Positions 19,093-28,793 of a stretch of DNA of 64,000 bases are shown one piece after another (the first letter of the stretch is position 1; each line of letters opens with the position of its first letter). The stretch covers positions 650 to 64,649 of the forward strand of contig JBBRUI010000001.1 of NCBI GenBank assembly GCA_038247945.1, written 5' to 3'. Below the pieces are notes generated by a model. That model saw nothing but the letters and a program-made list of their open reading frames with translations. It made no database searches and had not been told where the DNA came from. Source of the stretch: Bacteroidota bacterium. Its GTDB lineage: Bacteria; Bacteroidota; Ignavibacteria; UBA10030; UBA6906. The position numbers and the translations under genes are program-made.

Positions 19093-19308
19093 CTATCCAG
19101 CCTTAATTTCCTCCCACGTTCTGCCCTCATTAGGATTCTTTTGGTCCGCCTCGATTCGTCTATCCAGCTCATCTTTCTGCTCCTGCGTCAACTCAAACGT
19201 TTCTTTATCGTCCGCGATGCTATCCCATATTTCTTCAACCAGAATGATGCGTTCAGCGACACTTAACTCCCTGGCTTGTTCGACGAGTTGTGCTGATGAC
19301 ATTTTCAA
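19093..19308 (-). CDS. Putative addiction-module antitoxin (TIGR02574-like), orphan
   Basis: 71 aa, LVEQARELSVAERIILVEEIWDSI...ELTQEQKDELDRR...WEEIKAG matches the pattern of this antitoxin family. No toxin gene is adjacent. Confidence 0.45.
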   Translation of the reverse strand: MKMSSAQLVEQARELSVAERIILVEEIWDSIADDKETFELTQEQKDELDRRIEADQKNPNEGRTWEEIKAG

Positions 19309-19478
19309 TCTCCTGGCGTTTGCCCTAACATACCAATCCCGATATTAACAAACAAGAATTGCACGGCTCCCGCAACGAACCGGCCATAGTTTCGTTAATA
19401 GGAGTGCCTCCTTTGAATTTTCCCTGAATTCTCAGTACGTTGAAACACCAACAATTCATCTACCAAAAGGAAAATTCT

Positions 19479-22400
19479 ATGCGCCGAATGTTTCTCCCAA
19501 TTATTCTGCTGAGCTTGTGCGGACCTGCGTTCGCCGACGAAGCGTGTCTTCTCCGCTTCCCCGCAATTCACGGAAACCAAATTGTATTCACCTACGCCGG
19601 TGATTTGTACACGGTTCCAGGCACCGGGGGCGTTGCCCGCAAGTTGACCAATGATGTCGGCTACGAAATGTTTGCCCGCTTTTCTCCCGATGGCAAGTGG
19701 CTTGCCTTCACCGGTCAATATGATGGCAACACGGAAATATATACGATGCCCTCGGAGGGCGGTGTACCCCAACGTATCACCTACACTGCTACGCTGAGCC
19801 GTGACGATGTCTCTGACAGGATGGGGCCAAACAACATCGTCATGACCTGGCGCGACGACAAGAGCATCATCTACCGCTCGCGGCGGATTGAAAAAAATGA
19901 TTTCATCGGTCAACTCTTCATTGCTTCAACAGAGGGTGGAATACCGGAACAGCTTCCGTTACCCCGCGGCGGTTTTTGTTCGTTCTCCCCCGACAAGAAA
20001 AAAATGGCATACAACCGCGTCTTCCGCGAATTCCGGACGTGGAAACGTTATCGCGGCGGCCAGGCAGACGACATCTGGATTTATGATTTCGATTCAAAAC
20101 AAATTACAAATGTGACGAACAATCCCGCGCAGGATATTATTCCGATGTGGAGTGGAAATAAGATCTATTTTGCGTCCGACCGGGACAGCAAAATGAATTT
20201 GTTTGTGTATGATTTAACAACGCAGCAGACAAAGAAGCTCACGAATTTCACGAACTTCGATGTAAAGTTTCCATCCCTCGGCGATAATGCAATTGTCTTT
20301 GAAAACGGCGGGTTCATCTACAAACTCGACCTCGCAACGGAACAAGCGCAGAAGGTTTCCATCTCCATTCAGGAAGATTTTGATATTGGCCGCGGCGGGC
20401 TGCGTGAGGTAAGCAAAGAGATCACAAATTTTGAAATCTCTCCCGATGGGAGCCGCGCACTGTTCGGCGCACGCGGAGATGTGTTTACCGTCCCTGCCAA
20501 GTACGGCAATACGCGCAACATCACCAACACATCCGGTGTGCACGAACGCAACTCGAAATGGTCACCTGATGGAAAATGGATTGCATACATTTCGGATGCA
20601 TCCGGCGAAGATGAGATTTATGTCGGGCCGCAGAATGGCAGCGCGTCGCCAATTCAGTTGACAAAAAATGCCGATACCTACAAATACCAAATCTACTGGT
20701 CGCCGGACAGCAAAAAGATTTTGTGGGCGGATAAAAAACTCCGCCTGCAATACGTCGAGGTAGAATCGAAAAAAATAACTCTTGTGGTACAGGCAAAGGT
20801 GTGGGAATACTCGGATTACGTGTGGTCATCGGACAGCAAGTGGATTGCATTCGCGCAGTCCGAGGAAAAACAGATGACGACCATGTATATCCATTCTGTA
20901 GAAAATGGAAAAACGTATCCGGCTACGGACGGTTGGTTCGATTCATACAGTCCGGCGTTCAGCAGCGATGGCAAGTATTTATTCTTTGTATCGGACAGAA
21001 CGTTCAGCCCCACCTACAGCAACACGGAATGGAACCACGCCTATAACGACATGGCGGGGATTTATTTCGTGACGCTTTCGAAGGATACCAAATCGCCGTT
21101 CGCACCAAAATCGGATGAAGTAAAAATCAGAGAGGACAAAGACGGCAGCAAGACGGATGAGAAGGAGGACAAAGACAAAAAGGACGATAAGAAAGACAAA
21201 AAGAAGCCGGTGCGCGTCGATACCGACGGATTGCAACAACGGATCAGTGGCCTTCCTGTTTCCGCGGGCGGTTACAGCAATCTCACGTCCGTGGGGGAAA
21301 AATTATTCTATGTTCGCAATTCCGGTAAGCAGGAGAAGGCAATACTTTTCGTTTATGATCTGGATAAGCAAAAAGAAACTGAACTCGGCGAGTTTAACGG
21401 ATTCGAAATCTCAGCAGACGGAAAGAAAATGATTGTCGGTGGTAGCGGCTCGTATTCTATCATCGATCTCCCCGGTGGAAAAATTGACGCGAAAGAAAAG
21501 CTAAGCCTCGGCGACATGAAAGTAACGCTCGACCGACGCGCCGAATGGACACAAATCTTCAACGAATGCTGGCGCCAGATGCGTGACTTTCTCTTTGACC
21601 CGAATCTTCACGGAGTGAACTGGAAGAAAATGCATGATACGTATGCACAGCTTCTTCCCTATGTAAATCACCGCGCCGACCTCACGTACATTATTGGAGA
21701 GATGATCGGCGAGCTGAACATCGGCCACACGTATGTGGGCGGTGGCGACTATCCCAAGCCGGAAAGAATCGAACTCGGACTTTTGGGCGCGAAGCTTGAG
21801 CGCGATGCGTTGGGATATTATCGCATCAAAAAAATCTTTACCGGACAAAACTGGGACAAGTCTCTTCGCTCTCCGCTTACTGATATTGGTGTGGACGCGA
21901 AAGACGGCGACTATATTATTGAGGTGGACGGAAAATCAACGAAAGACATGAAGGATATTTACACTTCTCTTGTAGGGAAAGCCGGCAACCAGGTTACTCT
22001 CACCTTAAATTCTTCTCCAAAAGAAACCGGATCGCACGAAACAGTCGTGATTCCAACTGCCGATGAGCGTCCGCTGTATTATCTCAACTGGGTGGAGCAA
22101 AACATCGAGAAGGTATCGAAAGCGACGGACGGCAAAGTCGGCTATCTTCACATTCCGGATATGGGCGTTGGCGGTTTGAATGAATTCGTGAAGCACTTCT
22201 ATCCGCAAGTCCGCAAAGATGCAATGATCGTTGACGTGCGCGGCAACGGCGGCGGCAATGTTTCGCCAATGATCATCGAACGGCTGCGGCGAGACGTTGC
22301 GCTCATCAGCATGTCGCGCAACTCCGTTCCCACACCCGATCCGGCAACGGCAATTCTCGGCCCGAAGGTTTTGATGATCGATGAATTTTCTGCAAGCGAT

Positions 22401-22739
22401 GGTGACATTGTGGGCTACCGTTTCCGAAAATATAAACTCGGCCCCATCGTTGGCAAGCGAACGTGGGGCGGTGTTGTGGGAATCCGCGGTTCGTTACCGT
22501 TACTGGACGGCGGATTCCTCAACAGGCCGGAGTTCTCGCGCTATGATGTTGAAGGCAAAGAATGGGTGATGGAAGGTAAGGGAGTCGAGCCTGATATTTA
22601 TATTGACAACGATCCTGCACGTGAGTTCAGCGGTACGGACGACCAACTCAACAAGGCGATTGAGGTGATCAAGGAAGAAATGAAAAAGCATCCGGCGACG
22701 ATTGCTCCACCGCCACCGTACCCGGACAAAAGCAAGTGA
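19479..22739 (+). CDS. Tricorn protease homolog (S41 family)
   Basis: Signal peptide, N-terminal beta-propeller regions (FSPDGKWLAF repeats), a PDZ-like region and a C-terminal S41 peptidase region. The start was taken at the ATG at 19479 after the RBS AAAGGA. Confidence 0.85.
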   Translation: MRRMFLPIILLSLCGPAFADEACLLRFPAIHGNQIVFTYAGDLYTVPGTGGVARKLTNDVGYEMFARFSPDGKWLAFTGQYDGNTEIYTMPSEGGVPQRITYTATLSRDDVSDRMGPNNIVMTWRDDKSIIYRSRRIEKNDFIGQLFIASTEGGIPEQLPLPRGGFCSFSPDKKKMAYNRVFREFRTWKRYRGGQADDIWIYDFDSKQITNVTNNPAQDIIPMWSGNKIYFASDRDSKMNLFVYDLTTQQTKKLTNFTNFDVKFPSLGDNAIVFENGGFIYKLDLATEQAQKVSISIQEDFDIGRGGLREVSKEITNFEISPDGSRALFGARGDVFTVPAKYGNTRNITNTSGVHERNSKWSPDGKWIAYISDASGEDEIYVGPQNGSASPIQLTKNADTYKYQIYWSPDSKKILWADKKLRLQYVEVESKKITLVVQAKVWEYSDYVWSSDSKWIAFAQSEEKQMTTMYIHSVENGKTYPATDGWFDSYSPAFSSDGKYLFFVSDRTFSPTYSNTEWNHAYNDMAGIYFVTLSKDTKSPFAPKSDEVKIREDKDGSKTDEKEDKDKKDDKKDKKKPVRVDTDGLQQRISGLPVSAGGYSNLTSVGEKLFYVRNSGKQEKAILFVYDLDKQKETELGEFNGFEISADGKKMIVGGSGSYSIIDLPGGKIDAKEKLSLGDMKVTLDRRAEWTQIFNECWRQMRDFLFDPNLHGVNWKKMHDTYAQLLPYVNHRADLTYIIGEMIGELNIGHTYVGGGDYPKPERIELGLLGAKLERDALGYYRIKKIFTGQNWDKSLRSPLTDIGVDAKDGDYIIEVDGKSTKDMKDIYTSLVGKAGNQVTLTLNSSPKETGSHETVVIPTADERPLYYLNWVEQNIEKVSKATDGKVGYLHIPDMGVGGLNEFVKHFYPQVRKDAMIVDVRGNGGGNVSPMIIERLRRDVALISMSRNSVPTPDPATAILGPKVLMIDEFSASDGDIVGYRFRKYKLGPIVGKRTWGGVVGIRGSLPLLDGGFLNRPEFSRYDVEGKEWVMEGKGVEPDIYIDNDPAREFSGTDDQLNKAIEVIKEEMKKHPATIAPPPPYPDKSK

Positions 22740-22854
22740 TGTTGAGTGCGGATTACGGATTGTTGATTTTGGATTGAAGGGTAATCGCCCTTTCAATCTT
22801 GCTACTCCCTCACCCACTTGATACATTGAAACAAATCAAAAAGAAGGAGAGATC

Positions 22855-23070
22855 ATGAATCAACTTGAGATAGATGCTAAAATCATTGGGGGCGAATTGA
22901 CCCTCAAGAATCTTCCTGTTGACAACGCCGATGTGAAGGTGGTTATTATGCCGAAGGTGAAGCTTGAGCAGATGTCATTCCCGAAGGTGCGAGAACTTCT
23001 TCGTGATGTGAAGGGGAGTTTGGCTGACGACATCATCGAAGAGCGGCGTGCAGATGAATCTCTTCTTTGA
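22855..23070 (+). CDS. Putative antitoxin of the VapC pair
   Basis: 71-aa ORF immediately upstream of, and overlapping by 17 nt, the PIN toxin start at 23054. Confidence 0.4.
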   Translation: MNQLEIDAKIIGGELTLKNLPVDNADVKVVIMPKVKLEQMSFPKVRELLRDVKGSLADDIIEERRADESLL

Positions 23071-23447
23071 CACAACTGGAATAGTAAAGCTCTATCATGA
23101 CGAACCAGGTTCCGAGCAACTCAGGCGTTTCGTCAAGAGCAACGCGCCGACTCTGCACCTCTGCATCTCCGACATAGGGCATTGTTGAGTTTCACTCGGC
23201 GGTGTTTCGACGAATTCGTACGGGAGAGATCAACATTGAAAAGGCAGAGAGCGTCCGCAGGCATTTCATGTCTGATCTACAGTTTTACGTACGTGTCCAA
23301 ATCCGGCAGAATGTTGTTGACACCGCGCTTGGAATTTACCAAGAATTTGGCGCTACTGTTGCCCTCCGCTCTCTGGACGCATTCCAAATTGCCTCGGCAG
23401 TCGTTCTTCACACCCAATCGCCTTATAGACTTCTTCGTCAGTTCTGA
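23054..23447 (+). pseudogene. vapC: VapC (PIN domain) toxin gene disrupted by a frameshift
   Basis: MNLFFDTTGIVKLYHDEPGSEQLRRFV...LHLCISDI in frame 2 stops at 23190. The domain continues in frame 0 (GIVEFHSAVFRRIRTGEINIEKAESV...LRSLDAFQIASAVVL). The break is at the GGG run 23177..23179, consistent with one extra G. Confidence 0.6.
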
Positions 23448-23633
23448 CAAGAACCAACTTGCAGTCGCACGAAAATTCCTTCCGATGTTGAATCCGCTGG
23501 AGATGTGAGAAGGTCGCGCACGATGGACTCAACTTGCAGTGCTATGCCATGACAAGTGGAGTCCATCTCAATACGCCTCAATGCGAGGAGCAACCCCGCC
23601 AGAAAGCGGCGGGACTACCTCGGAATAATAACC

Positions 23634-24635
23634 TTACTTGAGAAGCAGCATCCGCTTTGCCTGCACGAATTCTCCGACTTGTACCTGATAGAAGTACGCG
23701 CCTGTTGCAACAGCGCTCCCGCCATTGTCTTTTCCATCCCAAGTGACAGAGTGCATGCCCGCTTCGCCCTGTTCATTGACAAGCGACCGCACTAACTGAC
23801 CAACAGAGTTGTAGATGTTGATTTGCACGTGGCCACGGTTTGGTAATTGGTATTCAATTGTGGTTGATGGATTGAAGGGGTTGGGAAAGTTCTGTGAGAG
23901 AACATATCGCCTCGGTATTGACAGCTCAACTTCGGGTTGTTGCTGTTGCTCAATTTCGATTCGGTCATACACGGCACGAATAGCCAGTCCGACGGAAACA
24001 ATCGGCACCATGCGGCTATGTTCCTCCTGCTCGCGCAAATAGCGAGAAAGTTTTGCAAGTATGACGGGAATACGTTCGCTGCCGTTCGTCAGTTCAAGCA
24101 ATCGCTGCTGCAAGCAGTCACGGTCAATCATCGGCAAGCGCTCGAGCGGATCGCAGAAGTTCGGTGCGATGCACGGCTCGCCGAAGTGATCAAATTCGAC
24201 AAACGTGTTCAGCGCTGCAATCGCAAGCTTCGTATTCCGCAAAATCTTTCCGAGTCCGGGATCGATCTCTTGAAACATCCTGAACAATCCCTGGTTCGTT
24301 CGGGAAAACACAAGCCGCCGTAAATGAATCAACAGCAGTTCGTCTTCCATCTTCTCCCAATCAATACTCTCAAAGTACACTTTGATTTGAACGAGATTGC
24401 CGTCATCATCTTCACGAAAGAGATCGGCAATCGCGTCAAATGCAATATCGGAAGGCGAAAGCCCGAAGTGACGGATACGAATTGAACCCGACGCAATCTT
24501 CGATTGAATAAGCGTGATCGCGATGGAATTACAGACGGCGACGAATTGATGAACCTGCGGCCGCGTATGTCTGCTTTCGAGAATTGCAGACAGAATCTGC
24601 CGAAGCCCTGCGATTGATTTTGCGTGCCTGGACAT
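23634..24635 (-). CDS. Protein with a T9SS C-terminal sorting domain but no N-terminal signal peptide
   Basis: C-terminal LSQNFPNPFNPSTTIEYQLPN...YFYQVQVGEFVQAKRMLLLK is a Por_Secre_tail domain. The N-terminal ~240 aa are unrecognised and begin MSRHAKSIAGLRQ with no hydrophobic leader. Confidence 0.45.
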   Translation of the reverse strand: MSRHAKSIAGLRQILSAILESRHTRPQVHQFVAVCNSIAITLIQSKIASGSIRIRHFGLSPSDIAFDAIADLFREDDDGNLVQIKVYFESIDWEKMEDELLLIHLRRLVFSRTNQGLFRMFQEIDPGLGKILRNTKLAIAALNTFVEFDHFGEPCIAPNFCDPLERLPMIDRDCLQQRLLELTNGSERIPVILAKLSRYLREQEEHSRMVPIVSVGLAIRAVYDRIEIEQQQQPEVELSIPRRYVLSQNFPNPFNPSTTIEYQLPNRGHVQINIYNSVGQLVRSLVNEQGEAGMHSVTWDGKDNGGSAVATGAYFYQVQVGEFVQAKRMLLLK

Positions 24636-24748
24636 GAATGCAGAGGTGGTTGGTTTCCCAGAAGCATCTGGCAGAAAGGACTCTGGAACGCCTTAATGAT
24701 AGACAAATGCCTCTTGTAGTTCAACCATGCCGACGCGTAAGCGTCCAA

Positions 24749-25360
24749 TCAACGGTTGCTATTTTGGTCAGATTTGAGAGCAGCTTTGAGCCAGTTTCCT
24801 TGAGTTAGCCTAACTCCAGCAGCGTGAAGCCGGGAGTGCCCGTTCAGTTTTCTTCTCTTACCTCGACAGTCTGTGTAGGGTTTTTGTCGGAGATAGGCAA
24901 CGAGGAGATTAACATACACGACCGCAGTGTGTCGATGCTGAAACGCCTCAATGGTCTTGAACCGACGTTCGAGTTGTTTGTTGACGTTCTCCACCAAGTT
25001 GGTCGTCCTCGGCAATCCCTGGACACGATGGTGTTGCATGAGGCGGTTCCAGTGACGTTTGAGGAACGCAATTGCTTTCCGATGCGCTGTGCGAGGAGGT
25101 CGTCGCGTTCGCTGAAGGCGTTGGAACAGTTCGCTCGCTCTTGCTTCGTCCTTGGCACACATCTTCTCGTCTACCAGAAGTACACCATCCCATGATGGCT
25201 TCAATTCCTTGCTCATCTCCAGCGCTGTCTTGCATCGTCTCCCAAGTTCTTCAACCATCTTCTGCAACGAGGTGGGCGAAATCTTTCTTCCGCTCCGTTG
25301 ATAGACATTCTTGGCAATCACACGATAACTCTCCCGTCCCTCAACGTGTCGACGCACCAC
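24749..25360 (-). mobile_element. DDE transposase fragment (IS256/Mutator-like C-terminal motif)
   Basis: RTTNLVENVNKQLERRFKTIEAFQHRHTAVVYVNLLVAYL matches the C-terminal TTN-x-E-x-N...F motif of IS256-family transposases. At 203 aa it is too short for a full transposase and no inverted repeats were identified. Confidence 0.45.
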
Positions 25361-25767
25361 TTCTTCGGCAAAGTGCTGGCTGTAGCGGCAACGAGATCGA
25401 CGTCGTAATGAAAAGCTCCTTCCACAACCACCGCAGAGAAATCTTTGAATCAGAATTCGACGTTCTCGGTCACTATCAAGTTCGCGAATAACTCGAGCGC
25501 CATTACGTTTGACCCGGCCGTTGCCACACGAGGGGCGTCGACGCGCATAGTTTTTTTATTCATTGAAACCCCAATTTGCTCTGTTGTCAAAACAAAATCT
25601 CTGAAACTTCAACATCGCAAACAACTTACATCAAAATCAGCAACCGTCAACCGATACGCTTATGACGACGCAGGCACAGATGAGTATTTTTAAATTAAAG
25701 TCTAACCACTATATTCGGTCGATCTCGGTTGTCAGCGCAGGAATCCCTGTAAAAGTCCTCTCTTCTG

Positions 25768-25955
25768 GATTCCCGATAAGATCATTCGGGAATGACATAG
25801 TTCGATGAGCGCGCCTTTACCTGTCTGTCATTCCCGCACGCTGTAAGCGGGAATCCAGTTCAAGGTCCCGATAAAGGCATTCGTGAATGACATTCCTATA
25901 TGACTGCTACTCCCTACGTCTGTCATTCCCGCTTGTTGTTAGCGGGAATCCAGAG
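25768..25955. repeat. Cluster of four alternating hairpin repeat units (REP/MITE-like)
   Basis: Units attcccgataaG..cattcgggaatgacat (25768..25800, 25866..25896) alternate with tgtcattcccgc-N9-gcgggaatccag (25827..25858, 25921..25952). Each unit is a stem-loop with a 7-8 bp stem. Confidence 0.5.
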
Positions 25956-25961
25956 CGAGCT

Positions 25962-27755
25962 CTATTTTATCACACTCAACCTTCCCGCATTCACCTTCTT
26001 CAAATACTCCAGCAGCGGCTGGTAATATTCCAGCATCGCGCGGGCGCTCAGGTCTTCGCCTGTTTTTTCTTTCAGTACAACGCGCCAGTCCTTGCTCGCT
26101 CCCGGACGCATGATGCCGCGCAGGAAATCGCCGACTTCTTTGTTGCCGTAGTAGTTGCAGTTCCGCGGATCCTGCTTCAGGATTTTCTTTGCAATGTAAT
26201 CGTGAAGCTGAAACTTCAGCACGCACGAGAGCGCATAATCGTAATACTGCGCCGGGTCGTCGATGATGTGTGTTTTGGTTGCAGCGTCGCAGAACTGTTC
26301 GCCGCGTTCGCCCGGCGGCGCGATCCCCTGAAACTTTCCAACATACTCCCACCATCGCTTGTTGAATTCATCCTTCGGAATGTTCTCTTCGTAGAGGTCG
26401 TGCTCGAAGTGCGACATCGTCCCCGCAGAGAACGGGATGAACACGATCGAACTGCTCGAGAGCGCTTCATTCAGCAGCCATTGCGTCTGGTCGATTTTTG
26501 TTTGTGGCGAAAGCAACCCGACTTCTTCGAGATACGGGCGCTGCATCGACGCAACCGCCATTAAATCTCCCACGCCTTCGTGGTAGCTCCGGTTGGCGCC
26601 CTCGCGCAACATAAGCGGCACGTCCGGATTTGTGTATTCGATGAAATAGTAAATATGCCCGAGCTCGTGGTGCGTTGTCTTGAACCAATCGGCGTCCGGC
26701 TCCACGCTCATCAGCGAGCGGTAATCGTCTTCCAGATTCAGGTGCCATGCAGAGGCGTGGTTGTTCTTTTTGCGTGATGACCCCGGCCCGGCAGGATACA
26801 AATCCGACCGTTCCCAGAACGTCTGGTTGAGTTTCGGAAAACCGAGACTGACGAAATAATTCTCCGCCTGCTGCACGACCCACTCCTTGGTTTTTCCCTT
26901 GAAGAGATTGTCCAGGTTGATTGCCTGCACGAAGCCCGGCCAGTTTTGTCCCCACCGGTTGGAAAGCCAGTGCGCCGGAATTTTTTCCGGCACCGGCTGC
27001 TTGTACCTTTTCGCCAGCTCGTACCGCGCATACGTGTGAAGCTCCGAGTACAACGGACGAAGCTCACTCACCAGCTTATCCATCAGGTCCATCATCTCCT
27101 TCGACGTCATCCCGTAGTCCGCGACCTCAAGCCCGAAGAATGAACTGTAGCCCATTTCACGGGCGACTTTGTTGCGCAGTTCCTGCAGTTGCGCGAGGCC
27201 GTCTTTCAGTTGTACGCCTACTCCTTTGCTTGTCTCCCATGCGTTCAGCCGCTCCGTCAGGTTGTTCGATTCCTGGAGGATCCGGTCGATCTCGTTCGTG
27301 CTTACTTTTTTGGACTTGCCGTCTTTGCCGGGCATCATGTACTCGTAGCTGAAGAGGATGCTCGTCTGTTTTGTTTGTGTTGAGATCAGCGAGTCGACTA
27401 CATCGGGGATGGTGCCGGGTGCGTGCGCTGCCGCGAGACGGATCTTTTCAAGCTGCCGGACTTGCAGCGGGTCAAGTTTATCTTTTTGATCGAGAAGAGT
27501 TTTTGTTTTTTCGATGACCTCCTTGCTTCCCATAAACTTGGCAAGCGTTTTCGATGCTGCGGTCGAGAGGCTGTCGTGGGCATCGCTGATATCGGTGTTG
27601 GCCAGCCACTGCGCCTTGTTTGCTTCGTAGTAGATTTTCCGGAACTGCTCACTGTGTGGTTTGAGGAATGCATCGGCTTCGGGTTTTGGATCTTTCTTGC
27701 TGCATGAAACAAACACGAGCGCAATGCACGCAGTAACGAGGATGCGGAGTGACAT
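25962..27755 (-). CDS. M2-family (ACE-like) peptidyl-dipeptidase lipoprotein
   Basis: HHELGHIYY (HExxH) with a downstream HEGVGD region. 597 aa with a lipoprotein signal (LVFVSCSKK). Confidence 0.7.
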   Translation of the reverse strand: MSLRILVTACIALVFVSCSKKDPKPEADAFLKPHSEQFRKIYYEANKAQWLANTDISDAHDSLSTAASKTLAKFMGSKEVIEKTKTLLDQKDKLDPLQVRQLEKIRLAAAHAPGTIPDVVDSLISTQTKQTSILFSYEYMMPGKDGKSKKVSTNEIDRILQESNNLTERLNAWETSKGVGVQLKDGLAQLQELRNKVAREMGYSSFFGLEVADYGMTSKEMMDLMDKLVSELRPLYSELHTYARYELAKRYKQPVPEKIPAHWLSNRWGQNWPGFVQAINLDNLFKGKTKEWVVQQAENYFVSLGFPKLNQTFWERSDLYPAGPGSSRKKNNHASAWHLNLEDDYRSLMSVEPDADWFKTTHHELGHIYYFIEYTNPDVPLMLREGANRSYHEGVGDLMAVASMQRPYLEEVGLLSPQTKIDQTQWLLNEALSSSSIVFIPFSAGTMSHFEHDLYEENIPKDEFNKRWWEYVGKFQGIAPPGERGEQFCDAATKTHIIDDPAQYYDYALSCVLKFQLHDYIAKKILKQDPRNCNYYGNKEVGDFLRGIMRPGASKDWRVVLKEKTGEDLSARAMLEYYQPLLEYLKKVNAGRLSVIK

Positions 27756-28021
27756 GAGTTTTCTCCTTGATTCGGTTTGGATTTTTAGATTGTGCGGTGG
27801 ATGAATGTAGAAAAGTTGAAGGGGGTAAGCAAGGTCTCTCCATCCTCACCCTGAGCGCAGTCCCGCTTGTTTTTTAAAGCGCTGAGGTCGTAGGTCGAAT
27901 CTCCCGATTCGATTTTTGACTCCCATTACTTTGCCCCTGGCAGATTGCCATTCTCGCGGCGTTTCGCTAACTTGCTTGCAGAAACCGCGCAAGAGGTTGC
28001 ACAAACGAATAAAAATGACAT

Positions 28022-28349
28022 GAAAACATCATCTCACCGACAGCGCGGAACCCGCGGCAACAGACAACATGCATACCTCCGCACAATCCGCAGCCATTGG
28101 GACACACTGAGGAAACGCTACAAGCTCAAGGAAATCGGAATCTTCGGGTCCGTCGTTCATGGTAAGGAAACGAAGAAGAGCGACATTGATATCCTGGTGG
28201 AGTACGAAGAACTGCCGGACCTTCTGGAGTTCATCAACCTTGAGAACTATCTGGAAGAGATACTGAAAAGGAAGGTGGACCTTGTCGAGAAACATGGGGT
28301 GCGTCCGGAACTGCGGGACCGCATATTCAACGAGGTGGTCTATTTGTAA
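28022..28349 (+). CDS. Minimal nucleotidyltransferase (MNT-type), orphan
   Basis: IGIFGSVVHGKETKKSDIDILVEY is the GS-x9-D-x-D nucleotidyltransferase motif. The start was taken at MKTSSH (109 aa). No HepT/HEPN partner is adjacent. Confidence 0.65.
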
Positions 28350-28394
28350 ATTGTAACCTGGTCGCAACAGAACGACCAATGAAGGAACATACAA

Positions 28395-28430
28395 CCCCCG
28401 GTCAGATGCTGGCCGGGGGTTTGTGGTTTT
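28395..28430 (+). terminator. Rho-independent terminator
   Basis: cccccgg-tcagatgctgg-ccggggg followed by tttgtggtttt, directly after the MNT gene. Confidence 0.5.
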
Positions 28431-28559
28431 GGGGGCATTAAGTGCCGAGGATTTTTTGACGGTAGCCGATGTCATTACATTATTGAAAATATAATGTTAT
28501 ATATTCTTGCATATATAGAAATTATTGTTTTCATTATAACGGCAGAATAAAGGAATCAA

Positions 28560-28793
28560 ATGAGCGTGAAATCCACCCGGAGAGAGCGGTTCGAAAGTGT
28601 TGCCGCGAGACGTACCCAGAAAATTCTGGATTTGCTGGATATCCTCGGGAACTGTTCAAATAAGAACAACTACGAATATACGGATACAGATGTCCGCAAA
28701 ATGTTCTCAGCAATCAGAGACAAAACGAAGAGTACCGAGGCGGCCTTCGGAAATGCAATTAACCGGTCAACAAAAAATAAATTCACATTTTAA
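28560..28793 (+). CDS. Small hypothetical protein (77 aa), first gene of the AT-rich island operon
   Basis: RBS AAGGA upstream. Its stop TAA overlaps the ATG of the next gene (TAATG). Confidence 0.4.
   Translation: MSVKSTRRERFESVAARRTQKILDLLDILGNCSNKNNYEYTDTDVRKMFSAIRDKTKSTEAAFGNAINRSTKNKFTF

Noticed and set aside
19395-19913. 172-aa ORF on the minus strand
   Set aside because: It is entirely antisense to the well-supported tricorn protease gene and has no motif. It is a shadow ORF.
24329-24748. 139-aa ORF proposed as the N-terminal half of the transposase
   Set aside because: It lies downstream, not upstream, of the transposase fragment on the minus strand. It has low complexity and no HTH or DDE motifs.
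25768-25955. Possible CRISPR array
   Set aside because: Only two copies of each of two different repeat types are present, with irregular spacing. Each unit is an internal palindrome (REP-like), and there is no leader or cas gene.
25887-26564. 225-aa plus-strand ORF and several 60-160-aa ORFs at 26216..27724
   Set aside because: They overlap the M2 peptidase gene on the opposite strand or in other frames. They are compositionally biased (Arg/Ala rich) and shadow-like.
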